From Candidatus Magasanikiibacteriota bacterium (lineage in GTDB: Bacteria; Patescibacteriota; Patescibacteriia; Magasanikbacterales; UBA922): a stretch of DNA of 64,000 nt. Within the stretch, counting starts at the first letter, position 1, and each line of letters starts with the position of its first letter. The position numbers and the translations under genes are program-made. Where the stretch lies: contig JACQQA010000009.1 of the NCBI GenBank assembly GCA_016207245.1, positions 9,165 to 73,164 of the forward strand, in the 5' to 3' direction. This document shows positions 29,583-38,831 of the stretch, in pieces. A model generated the notes under the pieces. That model ran no database searches. It was not told where the DNA came from and saw nothing but the letters and a program-made list of their open reading frames with translations.

Positions 29583-29793
29583 CATTAACAAAAACATATC
29601 ATATACTATTTGGCATACTGTGATATACAAAATAGGATCTTATTATATTATACATAGCAGTTACCCACAAACCACCCATATTTTATGGGCGGTTTTGTTT
29701 TAAAACCAAACCTCTTAATCAACGGCTCAATCTGTGCTATACTTTAAATTGACACAAAGACAAAATGGGTAGATAATATCTACCTTCTGTTTT

Positions 29794-31161
29794 ATGCCAA
29801 TTAACCGACATAAAATTCTGCTGGTTGGCCTAAAAAGCCTGGTTTATCTAAAACGAGGCTTGATTTGGTCGTTGACGCGGATTTCTTTTTTATTTATCAA
29901 GCTCGGCCTGCTCGGAAAAAATATTTTCGGCTTTAGGGTTTTAAAAATCGGCTTTCGTTTTAAAAAATTGTTCGGCAAACTTAATTTAGGCGGCAACAAT
30001 CGCCTAACTGAATTGCTGGGGGCAAGGTGGACACTGCAAATAATTATTTTCCTTGTCATAACTTTTTTAATGGTCCCGCATAGCCGGCTTTACACGCGCG
30101 ACACGACTGAAATCGCGGGCCAAAAAACCTTGCTTTACAAAATCGTCGGCCCGGGCGAACAAGACTTTAGTCTTGACGCGATAACTTTTGAAACCGTTTC
30201 CGCTACAGTTCAAGAAAAAACCGCGCCGAACTGGAAAGAGGGCGCGGTTGGCGCGCAACCCGGCGCGACGGCCGGCGCCGCGAGCCAGCCGTTTCAACCG
30301 CAGGATATCGCGTCCATAAGTTCCGGCGGCATGGCTTTATCAAAGCCGACCATCTTGCCCGGGGCAGTTGTTCCGGGCTCAACTTCCGGCCCGACAAGAA
30401 CGCAAATTGTTTTACATACCGTGCAAACCGGCGACACCATCGGCAGTATCGCGGAAAAATATCGCGTCAGCATAGCCACCATACTTTGGGCTAATAACCT
30501 AACCGAGCGTTCTTACATCCGGCCGGGAAACGAATTAAAAATCTTGCCGGTGTCCGGACTTCTTCATACCGTTAAAAAAGGCGACACAATCGCGAAAATC
30601 GCCAAACTCTACAAAACTGACGCGGAAAAAATAATTAAATTTAATAAATTAAAAGAAGACGGATCTGATGTGGTAATCGGCGAAGGATTGGTAATTCCCG
30701 ATGGTTTGAAACCGCAGCCGGTTTACGCTCCGAGCCGCGTTTACACCCAGCTTGGCAGTGTTTCCGCGCCGCCGTATTCGGTTAACGCGCCCGCCGGCTC
30801 CGGTTATTTATGGCCGACAACCGTACGCAGAATCACGCAGTACTTTAGTTGGCGGCATACCGGCATAGATATCGCCGGCCCGGTTGGCACGCCGATTTAC
30901 GCGTCGCGCAACGGAACGGTTATCCGCTCGCAATGCGGCTGGAACGGCGGTTACGGCTGTTATATAATAATCGACCACGGCGGCGGAATCACCACTCTTT
31001 ACGGCCACAACTCGCGCTTGTATGTGAAAGTCGGCGAATCAGTTTCGCAAGGCCAGACCATCGCTCTCATGGGCTCTACCGGACGCTCAACCGGCCCCCA
31101 CTCGCACTTTGAAGTCCGCGTCAACGGCCGCCGTGTCAATCCGTTCCAATACGTAAAATAA
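29794..31161 (+). CDS. LysM / M23 peptidase
   Basis: Two LysM repeats; HTGIDI and GPHSHFEV. Confidence 0.92.
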   Translation: MPINRHKILLVGLKSLVYLKRGLIWSLTRISFLFIKLGLLGKNIFGFRVLKIGFRFKKLFGKLNLGGNNRLTELLGARWTLQIIIFLVITFLMVPHSRLYTRDTTEIAGQKTLLYKIVGPGEQDFSLDAITFETVSATVQEKTAPNWKEGAVGAQPGATAGAASQPFQPQDIASISSGGMALSKPTILPGAVVPGSTSGPTRTQIVLHTVQTGDTIGSIAEKYRVSIATILWANNLTERSYIRPGNELKILPVSGLLHTVKKGDTIAKIAKLYKTDAEKIIKFNKLKEDGSDVVIGEGLVIPDGLKPQPVYAPSRVYTQLGSVSAPPYSVNAPAGSGYLWPTTVRRITQYFSWRHTGIDIAGPVGTPIYASRNGTVIRSQCGWNGGYGCYIIIDHGGGITTLYGHNSRLYVKVGESVSQGQTIALMGSTGRSTGPHSHFEVRVNGRRVNPFQYVK

Positions 31162-31163
31162 AT

Positions 31164-32684
31164 ATGTTTACAAAAATAAACTCGTCCACCACTGTCGGTC
31201 TGGATTGCGCGCCGATTACCGTGGAAATTGATCTTGGCAAAGGTTTTCCTAATTTTCAAATCGTCGGCTTGCCTGATACCGCGATACAAGAAGCCAAAGA
31301 AAGAATCCGAGCGGCGTGGAAAAACAGTGAATTGCATTTTCCCAACGGCCACCGGATTTTAATTAACCTCGCGCCCGCAGATGTGCGCAAAGAAGGGTCG
31401 GCTTTTGACTTGCCAATGGCTGTCGGCATGTACACCGCGCTGGAATTGCCGGAATTGGATTTGAATAATTCAATTTTTATCGGCGAATTGGCGCTGGATG
31501 GAAAACTCCGGCGCACTACCGGAATTTTGCCGCTGGCGATTTACGCGAAACAAGCCGGCTACCAAAAAATTTTTGTGCCGGCGAGCAACGCGAAAGAAGC
31601 CGGACTGATTTCCGGCATTGAAATTTATCCGGTGGAATCTTTTCGCGCGATAGTAAATCACTTGTCTGAATTTGAACAAATCCCACAGCTTCCGCCGCAA
31701 GAAATCAGCAAACTATTTTCCCGCTCTGTTTACGAAATGGACATGGCATATATAAAAGGACAGGAATATGTTAAACGGGCGATGGAAATCGCGGCTTCCG
31801 GCGCGCATAACATCTTGCTCTCCGGCCCGCCCGGGTCTGGCAAAACTTTGCTGGCGAGAACTTTGCCGTCAATCTTGCCGCAAATGACCGCGGATGAAGC
31901 GATTGAAGTAACAAAAATTTATTCGGTTGCCGGCATGTTGCCGGAAGAAATGCCGTTAATCACTGAACGCCCTTTTCGCGCCCCGCATCACAGCGCGTCA
32001 GATGTGGCTCTGGTCGGCGGCGGCAAGTTTCCGCGCCCCGGAGAAATTTCTCTCGCCCACCGCGGCGTTTTATTTTTAGATGAATTTCCGGAATTTCCGC
32101 GCACGGTTTTGGAAAGTCTGCGCCAACCCCTAGAAGACGGCGTCGTCACCATCTCCCGCGCCCAGGGAACAATTACCTTTCCCGCCAGTTTCACATTAGT
32201 CGCGAGTCAAAATCCCTGTCCTTGCGGCTATGCCACTGATCCGGATCGAACCTGCTCGTGTTCGCCGATGCAGGTCTCGCGTTATCAAAAAAAAATCAGC
32301 GGCCCATTGTTGGACCGCATTGATTTGCACGTGGAAGTGCCGCGAGTGAAATTTGAAAAACTCGCGAAAGAAGAGTTGGCGGAATCTTCGGAAAAAATCC
32401 GCGAGCGGGTTGAGGCCGCGCGCGAACGGCAAAGAAAAAGATTGAAAGATTCGCCGTATCAAGCGAACAGCGAAATGAAAAACAAAGACATCAGAGAATT
32501 TTGCAAATTAAACGACCAATCAATTGATTTGCTCCGCCAGGCCGTAACCCAAATGCATCTCTCCGCCCGCGGTTATCATCGCATCTTAAAACTCGCCCGC
32601 ACCATCGCCGACCTCGGCGGGTCTGACGACATTGCCACCGAACATGTGGCCGAAGCTTTGCAGTATAGAGCGAAGGTGGAATGA
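31164..32684 (+). CDS. comM: YifB/ComM Mg-chelatase-like AAA+ ATPase
   Basis: GPPGSGKT, PGEISLAHRGVLFLDE, NPCPCG. Confidence 0.92.
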   Translation: MFTKINSSTTVGLDCAPITVEIDLGKGFPNFQIVGLPDTAIQEAKERIRAAWKNSELHFPNGHRILINLAPADVRKEGSAFDLPMAVGMYTALELPELDLNNSIFIGELALDGKLRRTTGILPLAIYAKQAGYQKIFVPASNAKEAGLISGIEIYPVESFRAIVNHLSEFEQIPQLPPQEISKLFSRSVYEMDMAYIKGQEYVKRAMEIAASGAHNILLSGPPGSGKTLLARTLPSILPQMTADEAIEVTKIYSVAGMLPEEMPLITERPFRAPHHSASDVALVGGGKFPRPGEISLAHRGVLFLDEFPEFPRTVLESLRQPLEDGVVTISRAQGTITFPASFTLVASQNPCPCGYATDPDRTCSCSPMQVSRYQKKISGPLLDRIDLHVEVPRVKFEKLAKEELAESSEKIRERVEAARERQRKRLKDSPYQANSEMKNKDIREFCKLNDQSIDLLRQAVTQMHLSARGYHRILKLARTIADLGGSDDIATEHVAEALQYRAKVE

Positions 32685-32830
32685 GATGACGTGAAATGGA
32701 GTATAGAACACGTAACTTAGGAACAAATTAGACAATTTAATTTTTTACAACTCCCTCACCACAATAATTTGCAACGAAAGAGATGTGCCCTGCGACTTCC
32801 GAGTGCCGGAAGTCCAAGGCTCGCCTTCCG

Positions 32831-33052
32831 TTACCCGTGCGGAAGGAACACGTTTTTGGGACCTTCGGGCCCGAAGAACTTCTCCGTGGCCCAAAAGATC
32901 CACGTCCAGTGGATCGTGGCAACAATGACGGCCGCCAAGGCCGCTATTATCGCCCCGGTGCTCTGGATAAGCACCAAAAATACAGAAAGTGGGCCAGCGC
33001 CGGCCCACAACACTGCCGCGACAAACAGTACCACAAAAAATACACTTTTCAC
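32831..33052 (-). CDS. Orphan small membrane protein
   Basis: GTG start with SD AGGAGG; boxA-like TGTTCTTTAAAT; TTGACA-17-TATACT promoter near 33124-33152; two hydrophobic segments. Confidence 0.55.
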   Translation of the reverse strand: MKSVFFVVLFVAAVLWAGAGPLSVFLVLIQSTGAIIAALAAVIVATIHWTWIFWATEKFFGPEGPKNVFLPHG

Positions 33053-33256
33053 TTCTCGCCTCCTATTTAAAGAACACTTTCGGGTACTCTCTGCCACCAT
33101 GACAGTTCATTCCCGAACAATTAAGTATATTCTATTTTTACAATTTTGTCAAGACCTATGACGAAAATATATATGACTTGACACAATAGTTCAAATTAAC
33201 TATAATATTAAATATAAAAATGACGAAAAGTTTGTCAAATATTACTTATCAACAGT

Positions 33257-34003
33257 GTGGTCAAAGAAAAACTAAAATCCGCCCTACGGGGGTATGGCTT
33301 AAACGACAGAGAAACCGGTGTGTATCTTGCCTTATTGGAGTTGGGTGTGGCCAATGGCCACGAGGTGGCGGAAAAATCCGGAATGATTAGAACAACAACT
33401 TACAGCTTGCTGGAAGAGTTAAAAAGAAAAGGCTTGGTAACCGAAGTCGAAAAAGGGAAGATAAAACACTACTCAATAGAAAACCCGCAAAAAATAATTA
33501 CTGAAATGGAAGAAAGAAACAAGTTAATAAAAGAAACGCGAGGGGAGCTCTTGTCTTTATATCAAGCCGCGGAACATCGGCCGATAGTGCGATTTTATAA
33601 AGGTTTGGAAGCGATAAAAAAATTGCACGATGACATTCTGAAAGAACGCGGACTTAAACAATATGATATTCTGACTGCCGAAGCTGACTGGCTGAATCTG
33701 GATAAAGAATTTTTCTCATCTTTTTTGCAGCGTCGCGCTGACCGCGGCATCCATACTCGCCTGATTCTTGACAGTAAATCTAAGGGGTTAGAGCATCAAG
33801 AAAAAAACAAACAACTGAACAGGGAGGTGAGGTTTTTGCCGCCCGAATACCAGGACGCTTACACTTCTGAAGTCTATATCATGCCACGCAAAGTGATTTT
33901 CATCGCGGAAAAAAAAGAATTGCTGGCCGTGGAAATTGAAAGCATGGATATTGTTGAGGCACAGCAATTCTTGTTTAATTTTTTGTGGAATAATACAAAA
34001 TAA
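33257..34003 (+). CDS. TrmB-family transcriptional regulator
   Basis: YGLNDRETGVYLALLELG; VRFYKG. Confidence 0.9.
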   Translation: MVKEKLKSALRGYGLNDRETGVYLALLELGVANGHEVAEKSGMIRTTTYSLLEELKRKGLVTEVEKGKIKHYSIENPQKIITEMEERNKLIKETRGELLSLYQAAEHRPIVRFYKGLEAIKKLHDDILKERGLKQYDILTAEADWLNLDKEFFSSFLQRRADRGIHTRLILDSKSKGLEHQEKNKQLNREVRFLPPEYQDAYTSEVYIMPRKVIFIAEKKELLAVEIESMDIVEAQQFLFNFLWNNTK

Positions 34004-34102
34004 ATGCTCCACAAATGGAAACAGCCGCTGCTCTTTCCTGGTTTCAATTTTGTTATATTATAACCCCCAACCCCTCATCATTATTCTCATATGAAGATAG
34101 TT

Positions 34103-34588
34103 TTATAATGCTTGCCCAATCTTTTTCTTTTTTGTCCTTGTCAGTTCTCCAAAAACAATCGTTGTCGCTCCCACCACAATCATCACATCCGCCAAATTTA
34201 TCACCCCAGTCAAAATCCGCAAGTAATCAATCGTGGCGCTGAAGAGAACTCTGTCTATAAAATTAGATAACGCACCAGAGATAATTAAACAATTAGCAAT
34301 TAACAAATAACAATCGGCCGCTTTGTCAGCAAATAATTTAATTAACCAAACAACCAGTCCAAAAATAATCAACGGCGTGATTAAAACCAACAGCCAATTC
34401 GGAAACGGTAAAGAAAACGCGATGCCGGGATTGGCCATATACTCCCATCCCAGCCACTTGCCAATAATATGATACTCAAAATCCTGATTGCTCCGCGCGA
34501 AAAATTTTAATAACTGGTCCACCAACAAAAAAATTCCGCCCATGCCCACTAATACGCAGACCCTCGGACGGAATTCTTTAATAAACAT
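34103..34588 (-). CDS. lspA: Lipoprotein signal peptidase II
   Basis: DQLLK, NPGIAFS, GALSNFIDR, NLAD. Confidence 0.9.
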   Translation of the reverse strand: MFIKEFRPRVCVLVGMGGIFLLVDQLLKFFARSNQDFEYHIIGKWLGWEYMANPGIAFSLPFPNWLLVLITPLIIFGLVVWLIKLFADKAADCYLLIANCLIISGALSNFIDRVLFSATIDYLRILTGVINLADVMIVVGATTIVFGELTRTKKKKIGQAL

Positions 34589-34696
34589 ATTTCTCTATCT
34601 CTATATCTCTATTTATCTCCGTTATCTCAACCATCTCCCATCTCAAATCCCTCAATAACAATTTTAAAAATAGAACAATTCAACAACAATCACTCA

Positions 34697-35089
34697 CTAT
34701 ATCTCATCCGTCAACGCCTTCTTGCAACTCACGCACGCGCCGGATGTCGGCCGAGCCAACAAACGTTTCTCGTCAATCGGCTTATCGCAATACTTGCAAA
34801 TTCCATAACCGCCCTTTTTCAAGCGCTCCAAAGATTTATTTACATCGCGTAATTCTTTTTCCAACGCGATCTCCATCGGCTTGTCCGCGGTGTATTGCGC
34901 GATCTCTTGGGCGTTCTCATCTTCTTTGTCGCCATATTCAGGAAACTCAGCGTCATAATCATCTTTGATATGTTTGTTTTTTGTGGTAAATTTTGCCAGC
35001 TCGCTTTCCAGTCTGGTTTTTTCCGACAATAATAATTTCTTTATTTTGTCTAAAAACTCTGGGCTGAACGCATTAATCTTTTTAGCCAT
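34697..35089 (-). CDS. DksA/TraR C4 zinc-finger protein
   Basis: YGICKYC..I...RLLARP...CVSC; own TTGACA-17-TATACT promoter at 35148-35176. Confidence 0.9.
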   Translation of the reverse strand: MAKKINAFSPEFLDKIKKLLLSEKTRLESELAKFTTKNKHIKDDYDAEFPEYGDKEDENAQEIAQYTADKPMEIALEKELRDVNKSLERLKKGGYGICKYCDKPIDEKRLLARPTSGACVSCKKALTDEI

Positions 35090-35189
35090 ATAATTAACAT
35101 TACTCCATTATTATAAATAAAATCACTAATCAATGCAAGGGGAGATAGTATAAAACACAAAACTCGCGCTGTCAAGCATAACAACAAAA

Positions 35190-35660
35190 TAAAAAAGGCG
35201 GTCAAGCGCCCTAGGTAAATAACTTAACGGCGTGCCGCCTCAGTATCCCCAGGATACGCCTTTCAGGTAATCTAAAGGTGTTTTCCTCGCCACGCCGTAG
35301 TCCGCCCGAGGCGGACGAAGGCAGGCAAAAATACACTTAGAATACCTGAAACGCGACTGTCCTTGGGGACAGTAGTCTCCTTTCTACCGCCATAAGGTGG
35401 ACATTCCCGGCGATTCGGCCCGAAGGCACAAAACGCATAATGGGAAGTCACCGTTTCGAGCTAGCCATTAATTTTTGGCTTTTATTTTTGTTTCTTCGTC
35501 ACGCCGTAGTCCGCCCGAGGCGGACGAAGGCGGACACCCGATTGAGTCGGGAGCTAACGAATGGTAAGCTCGAAATTTGAGGTAGTAAAAAGGGAAGTGC
35601 TCCACCTGAATAAATTCAGAAGGAACAAATCCTGACTTTTAAAGAACAATTTTAAAGTAT
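35190..35660 (-). ncRNA. Putative large structured ncRNA, family unassigned
   Basis: Consensus promoter, boxA-like motif, many long stems, terminal hairpin with T-run, no ORF of 60 aa or more. Confidence 0.6.
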
Positions 35661-35666
35661 ATTAAT

Positions 35667-35695
35667 AGTATAGCACATTTTTTAACTCTTGTCAA
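35667..35695 (-). promoter_or_regulatory. Sigma70 promoter with extended -10
   Basis: TTGACA-17 bp-TATACT with TG extension on the minus strand. Confidence 0.75.
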
Positions 35696-35770
35696 GGGCA
35701 TTATGATGCTTTTTTAATTTTTTGCTAATTTTAGATAAAAAATAATAAAACTTGTCCGCCGAAGAGGCGG

Positions 35771-35880
35771 AATAGTATACACTAGTGTATACTATTGGGC
35801 TAAAAAATAGAAAGTTATCCACAATTTAGCCAAGTTTTCCCCAGAGTTATCCACAATAGTATAGAGTGTTGTATACTTTC
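35771..35880. promoter_or_regulatory. Perfect 26-bp palindrome plus DnaA boxes
   Basis: AATAGTATACACTAGTGTATACTATT; TTATCCACA at 35815 and 35847. Confidence 0.6.
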
Positions 35881-35882
35881 GG

Positions 35883-36959
35883 CTATGTCGCGACATGAAA
35901 ATAGACCACATCTCCATCTCTCACCACATAATCTTTCCCTTCCAACCTCAACTTGCCAGAAGTTTTGATCCCGCTCCAGCCGCCAAACAGGATGAAGTCC
36001 TGCCAGCTACAAACATCGGCTTTGATAAAGCCCTTGATAAAATCGGTATGAATCACTCCTGCCGCTTGGGGGGCGGATGCCCCCCGTTTTACTGTCCAGG
36101 CGCGAGTTTCCGGCTCGCCGGAAGTAAGAAAAGTAATTAAATCTAAAAGCTTATAACTGGCCAAAATTAGCTTATCTAAGCCGGTTTGCTCAATCCCCAA
36201 CTCTTTCAAATACTGCTTCGCCTCTTCCGGCGACAACTCCGCCACCTCGGCTTCCAGCTTCGCGCAAACATGTGTTTGGTCCGTTCGTTCGCCAAGATTT
36301 AGGATTTCTGATTTAGGATTTAGAGTTTCGTCATCATTTATGACGTAAAGCACTGGTTTCATCGTCAACAAATGCAAGTCTTTCACAACCACCACTTCAT
36401 CCTCTGTAAATTCAAGCGCCCGCGCGGGTTTTTCGCTTTCTAAACACAATTTAATTTTTTCCAAAACTTCAATCTCTATTTTAATTTTATCATCAATTTT
36501 GCCTTTGGCGCCTTTTTTTGTTGTGTTTAATTTTTTTTCAACCGTCTGTAAGTCCGCTAAAATAAGCTCTAAATTTATTATCTCCGCGTCTTCTTTCGGA
36601 TCAACGCGGTTTTGCACGTGAACCACATTGCTGTCGGAAAACGCGCGCACGACCTGAACAATCGCGTCAACTTCTCTGATGTGAGATAAAAACTTATTGC
36701 CTAAACCGGCGCCTTCAGAGGCGCCCTTAACCAGGCCGGCAATATCAACAAACTGAATCGCGGTCGGAATTGTTTTTTTTGATTTTGAAACTTCGGCAAG
36801 CTGTGCCAAACGCTCATCTGGGACCTCTACAATGCCCACGTTGGGCTCAATCGTGCAAAAAGGATAATTCTGCGCGTCCGCTTGTTTACTGCGCGTCAGA
36901 GCGTTAAAAAGCGTTGATTTGCCGACGTTAGGAAGACCGACTATTCCGATGGAAAGCAT
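35883..36959 (-). CDS. ychF: Ribosome-binding ATPase YchF
   Basis: MLSIGIVGLPNVGKST, NYPFCTIEPN, DIAGLV. True start set at 36959 because the longer ORF overlaps a tRNA. Confidence 0.97.
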   Translation of the reverse strand: MLSIGIVGLPNVGKSTLFNALTRSKQADAQNYPFCTIEPNVGIVEVPDERLAQLAEVSKSKKTIPTAIQFVDIAGLVKGASEGAGLGNKFLSHIREVDAIVQVVRAFSDSNVVHVQNRVDPKEDAEIINLELILADLQTVEKKLNTTKKGAKGKIDDKIKIEIEVLEKIKLCLESEKPARALEFTEDEVVVVKDLHLLTMKPVLYVINDDETLNPKSEILNLGERTDQTHVCAKLEAEVAELSPEEAKQYLKELGIEQTGLDKLILASYKLLDLITFLTSGEPETRAWTVKRGASAPQAAGVIHTDFIKGFIKADVCSWQDFILFGGWSGIKTSGKLRLEGKDYVVRDGDVVYFHVAT

Positions 36960-36962
36960 ACG

Positions 36963-37035
36963 TGGACCTGAAGGGAATCGAACCCTTAGTCTCCTCCATG
37001 CCATGGAGGCGCGATAACCGTTACGCTACAGGCCC
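36963..37035 (-). tRNA. tRNA-Ala(GGC)
   Basis: Acceptor GGGCCTG/CAGGTCC-A with G3:U70; anticodon arm CCTCC-ATGGCAT-GGAGG; TTCGATT T-loop. Confidence 0.93.
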
Positions 37036-37340
37036 GTTTTTATTTAAAAATAGTATCATTTCCCTCAAAACTTGTCAACAAAACACCCTGACATCCTGTT
37101 TTATTATACTAAATATTCTACGACACTGTTTATGTGCTTTGTATAAATATATTTTTAATACTTTATTAATATCCCGTAAATATTTTCTTTTTTTGTCCAT
37201 CTTTCCAGTTTCATAAGGAACTGATCACTTTCCCGCCCAATTCTCATAGTCGCTGCTCCATGTTACGTGTTTTATATTTCATGCTTCTCGCCTCACTTTT
37301 GTCATGAAAGTATACAACACTCTACACTTTCGTGCTGTTT

Positions 37341-37395
37341 TGTGGACCCACCGGGAATCTCCGCCCAAGGCGGATGCGCCTCGGGCGCAGAACCC
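37341..37395 (-). pseudogene. Duplicated 3' fragment of tRNA-Ala(CGC) interrupted by a palindromic element
   Basis: TGTGGACCCACCGGGAATC[30-nt insert]GAACCC matches 37419-37443. Confidence 0.75.
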
Positions 37396-37420
37396 CTGCT
37401 TCACTATATTCAAAAATTTG

Positions 37421-37491
37421 TGGACCCACCGGGAATCGAACCCGGACCTCGGCAATGCGAATGCCGCGTAATACCGTTTTACTATGGGCCC
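37421..37491 (-). tRNA. tRNA-Ala(CGC)
   Basis: Acceptor GGGCCCA/TGGGTCC-A with G3:U70; anticodon arm CGGCA-TTCGCAT-TGCCG. Confidence 0.93.
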
Positions 37492-37500
37492 TTTTAATAG

Positions 37501-37572
37501 TGCCCTCGGAGGGAATTGAACCCCCATTTCGTCCTTAGGACGGACTTGTTCTATCCGTTGAACTACGAGGGC
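37501..37572 (-). tRNA. tRNA-Arg(CCT)
   Basis: Acceptor GCCCTCG/CGAGGGC-A; anticodon loop GTCCTAA; TTCAATT T-loop. Confidence 0.9.
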
Positions 37573-37591
37573 CAAAGCCGTGGCGGGCAGG

Positions 37592-37651
37592 TATCCGTTG
37601 CCATGCACCGCGTGGGGCGCATGGTCCGCCTCTGGCGGAAACTACGAGGGC
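37592..37651 (-). pseudogene. Duplicated 5' fragment of tRNA-Arg interrupted by a palindromic element
   Basis: TATCCGTTG[insert]AACTACGAGGGC matches 37552-37572. Confidence 0.7.
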
Positions 37652-37777
37652 TTATTTCGCGATATGACAATCTTCTGACCACCAAAAATAATGGACAAAA
37701 GATTGTTGGGGCGGTGTGAATGATAGTCGCCCCAAAGAAAAAGAACGGGTGGGCCATGGTTTCAACGCGCCGGCGTT

Positions 37778-37981
37778 TTACTCCACTGCTAGAGGTGGGG
37801 CGACAAAGGATGTTGTGGAAGCCGAAGGCGGGGATTGTGAGCCGTTGTCAGGAGTCTCCCCACAACAGCGCGGACAACAATGCCCTTCGCAGGTGTGTTC
37901 GTTGCCATGGTCTGGCTTTCCTGCGCAACAGCCCGATTGACCACGACAGGACGGTGGAGAAAGTGTATTGGAAAGATTCAC
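37778..37981 (-). CDS. Small Cys-rich orphan peptide
   Basis: GTG start with SD AAGGAGG; TTGACA promoter near 38080; 8 Cys including three CC pairs. Confidence 0.45.
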   Translation of the reverse strand: MNLSNTLSPPSCRGQSGCCAGKPDHGNEHTCEGHCCPRCCGETPDNGSQSPPSASTTSFVAPPLAVE

Positions 37982-38148
37982 TCTTACCTCCTTTTGGATT
38001 TTCCGCCTTGAACATTCAGGGCGGTACCGCATTTGCATACGGATGGCCGGTAGTTTACTGACAAAAATAAATTTTGTCAAATTAGTTGTTAACTCTTGAC
38101 AAGATACTTAACATATGTTAATATACTAAGTGTACTTAACAGAGCACT

Positions 38149-38406
38149 ATGGCGGACAAAAATCAAATTTCTACAGCCGAGCTGGCCAAAATGCTCAGAA
38201 TCAGCCGGGTGGCGATTTTTTATAAAATCAAACGCGGAGAAATACCGGCGATTAAGGTTGGACGAAATTATGTTATCAACACTTTTGATTTGCCGTATTT
38301 ATTTGGTCATGAATTAAATGCGGATAATAAGCGCGAGGTTGTCGGCGCGGTAAGACGAACAGTCAAACAATACCGCAAAACCCTGGAATTGCTGGGACGA
38401 GAATAA
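38149..38406 (+). CDS. Excisionase-like HTH protein (probable antitoxin/regulator)
   Basis: STAELAKMLRISRVAIFYKIKRGEIPAIKVG; palindrome TTAACATATGTTAA in the promoter. Confidence 0.85.
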   Translation: MADKNQISTAELAKMLRISRVAIFYKIKRGEIPAIKVGRNYVINTFDLPYLFGHELNADNKREVVGAVRRTVKQYRKTLELLGRE

Positions 38407-38411
38407 TTTTT

Positions 38412-38828
38412 ATGCGCAAAATTTATATTCAAGAGGTAGAATTCGTCGCGCATACCTTGGCGAAAGAAACCGTGGCTTGGAATGAACCAATCCCGCCTTT
38501 TGATACCCGTTTCCCTGGTGTTTTGGAAGGATGTCTCGCCACGCCTTTTGGCGCCTTCAGCAGACATCCGTTTTATCCCGGCCTTACCGGCAAAGCCGCC
38601 ATGCTTTTTTATTTGTTGATAAAAAACCACCCTTTCCAAAACGGCAACAAAAGAATCGCTGTGGTCGCCCTGTTGTTTTTCTTGTTAAAAAACAAAAAAT
38701 GGATTAGAGTTGATAGTGTAGAATTCTACAATTTCGCCCGGTGGGTGGCGGAAAGCAACCCTAAACTAAAAAACGAAACTGCGGCGGCGATAAAAAAATT
38801 CATTGATACTTACCTAACTGACACCTAA
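38412..38828 (+). CDS. Fic/Doc family toxin
   Basis: HPFQNGNKRIA motif. Confidence 0.9.
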   Translation: MRKIYIQEVEFVAHTLAKETVAWNEPIPPFDTRFPGVLEGCLATPFGAFSRHPFYPGLTGKAAMLFYLLIKNHPFQNGNKRIAVVALLFFLLKNKKWIRVDSVEFYNFARWVAESNPKLKNETAAAIKKFIDTYLTDT

Positions 38829-38831
38829 TCT

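Noticed and set aside
35190..35660. RNase P RNA, tmRNA or rRNA
   Set aside because: I could not find GAGGAAAGUCC, tRNA-like ends or rRNA conserved motifs. A highly divergent form is not excluded without a covariance search.
35883..37004. N-terminal extensions of ORF-track calls (ychF, rnpA, tig, polA, pilins, DUF167)
   Set aside because: The extensions run through tRNAs, repeats or intergenic DNA; downstream ATGs match the family N-termini.
37279..37719. ORFs spanning the tRNA cluster
   Set aside because: They are shadow frames over tRNA genes and repeats.
38149..38828. Prophage suggested by an excisionase-like HTH near tRNAs
   Set aside because: No integrase or phage structural genes; better explained as an HTH-Doc TA pair.
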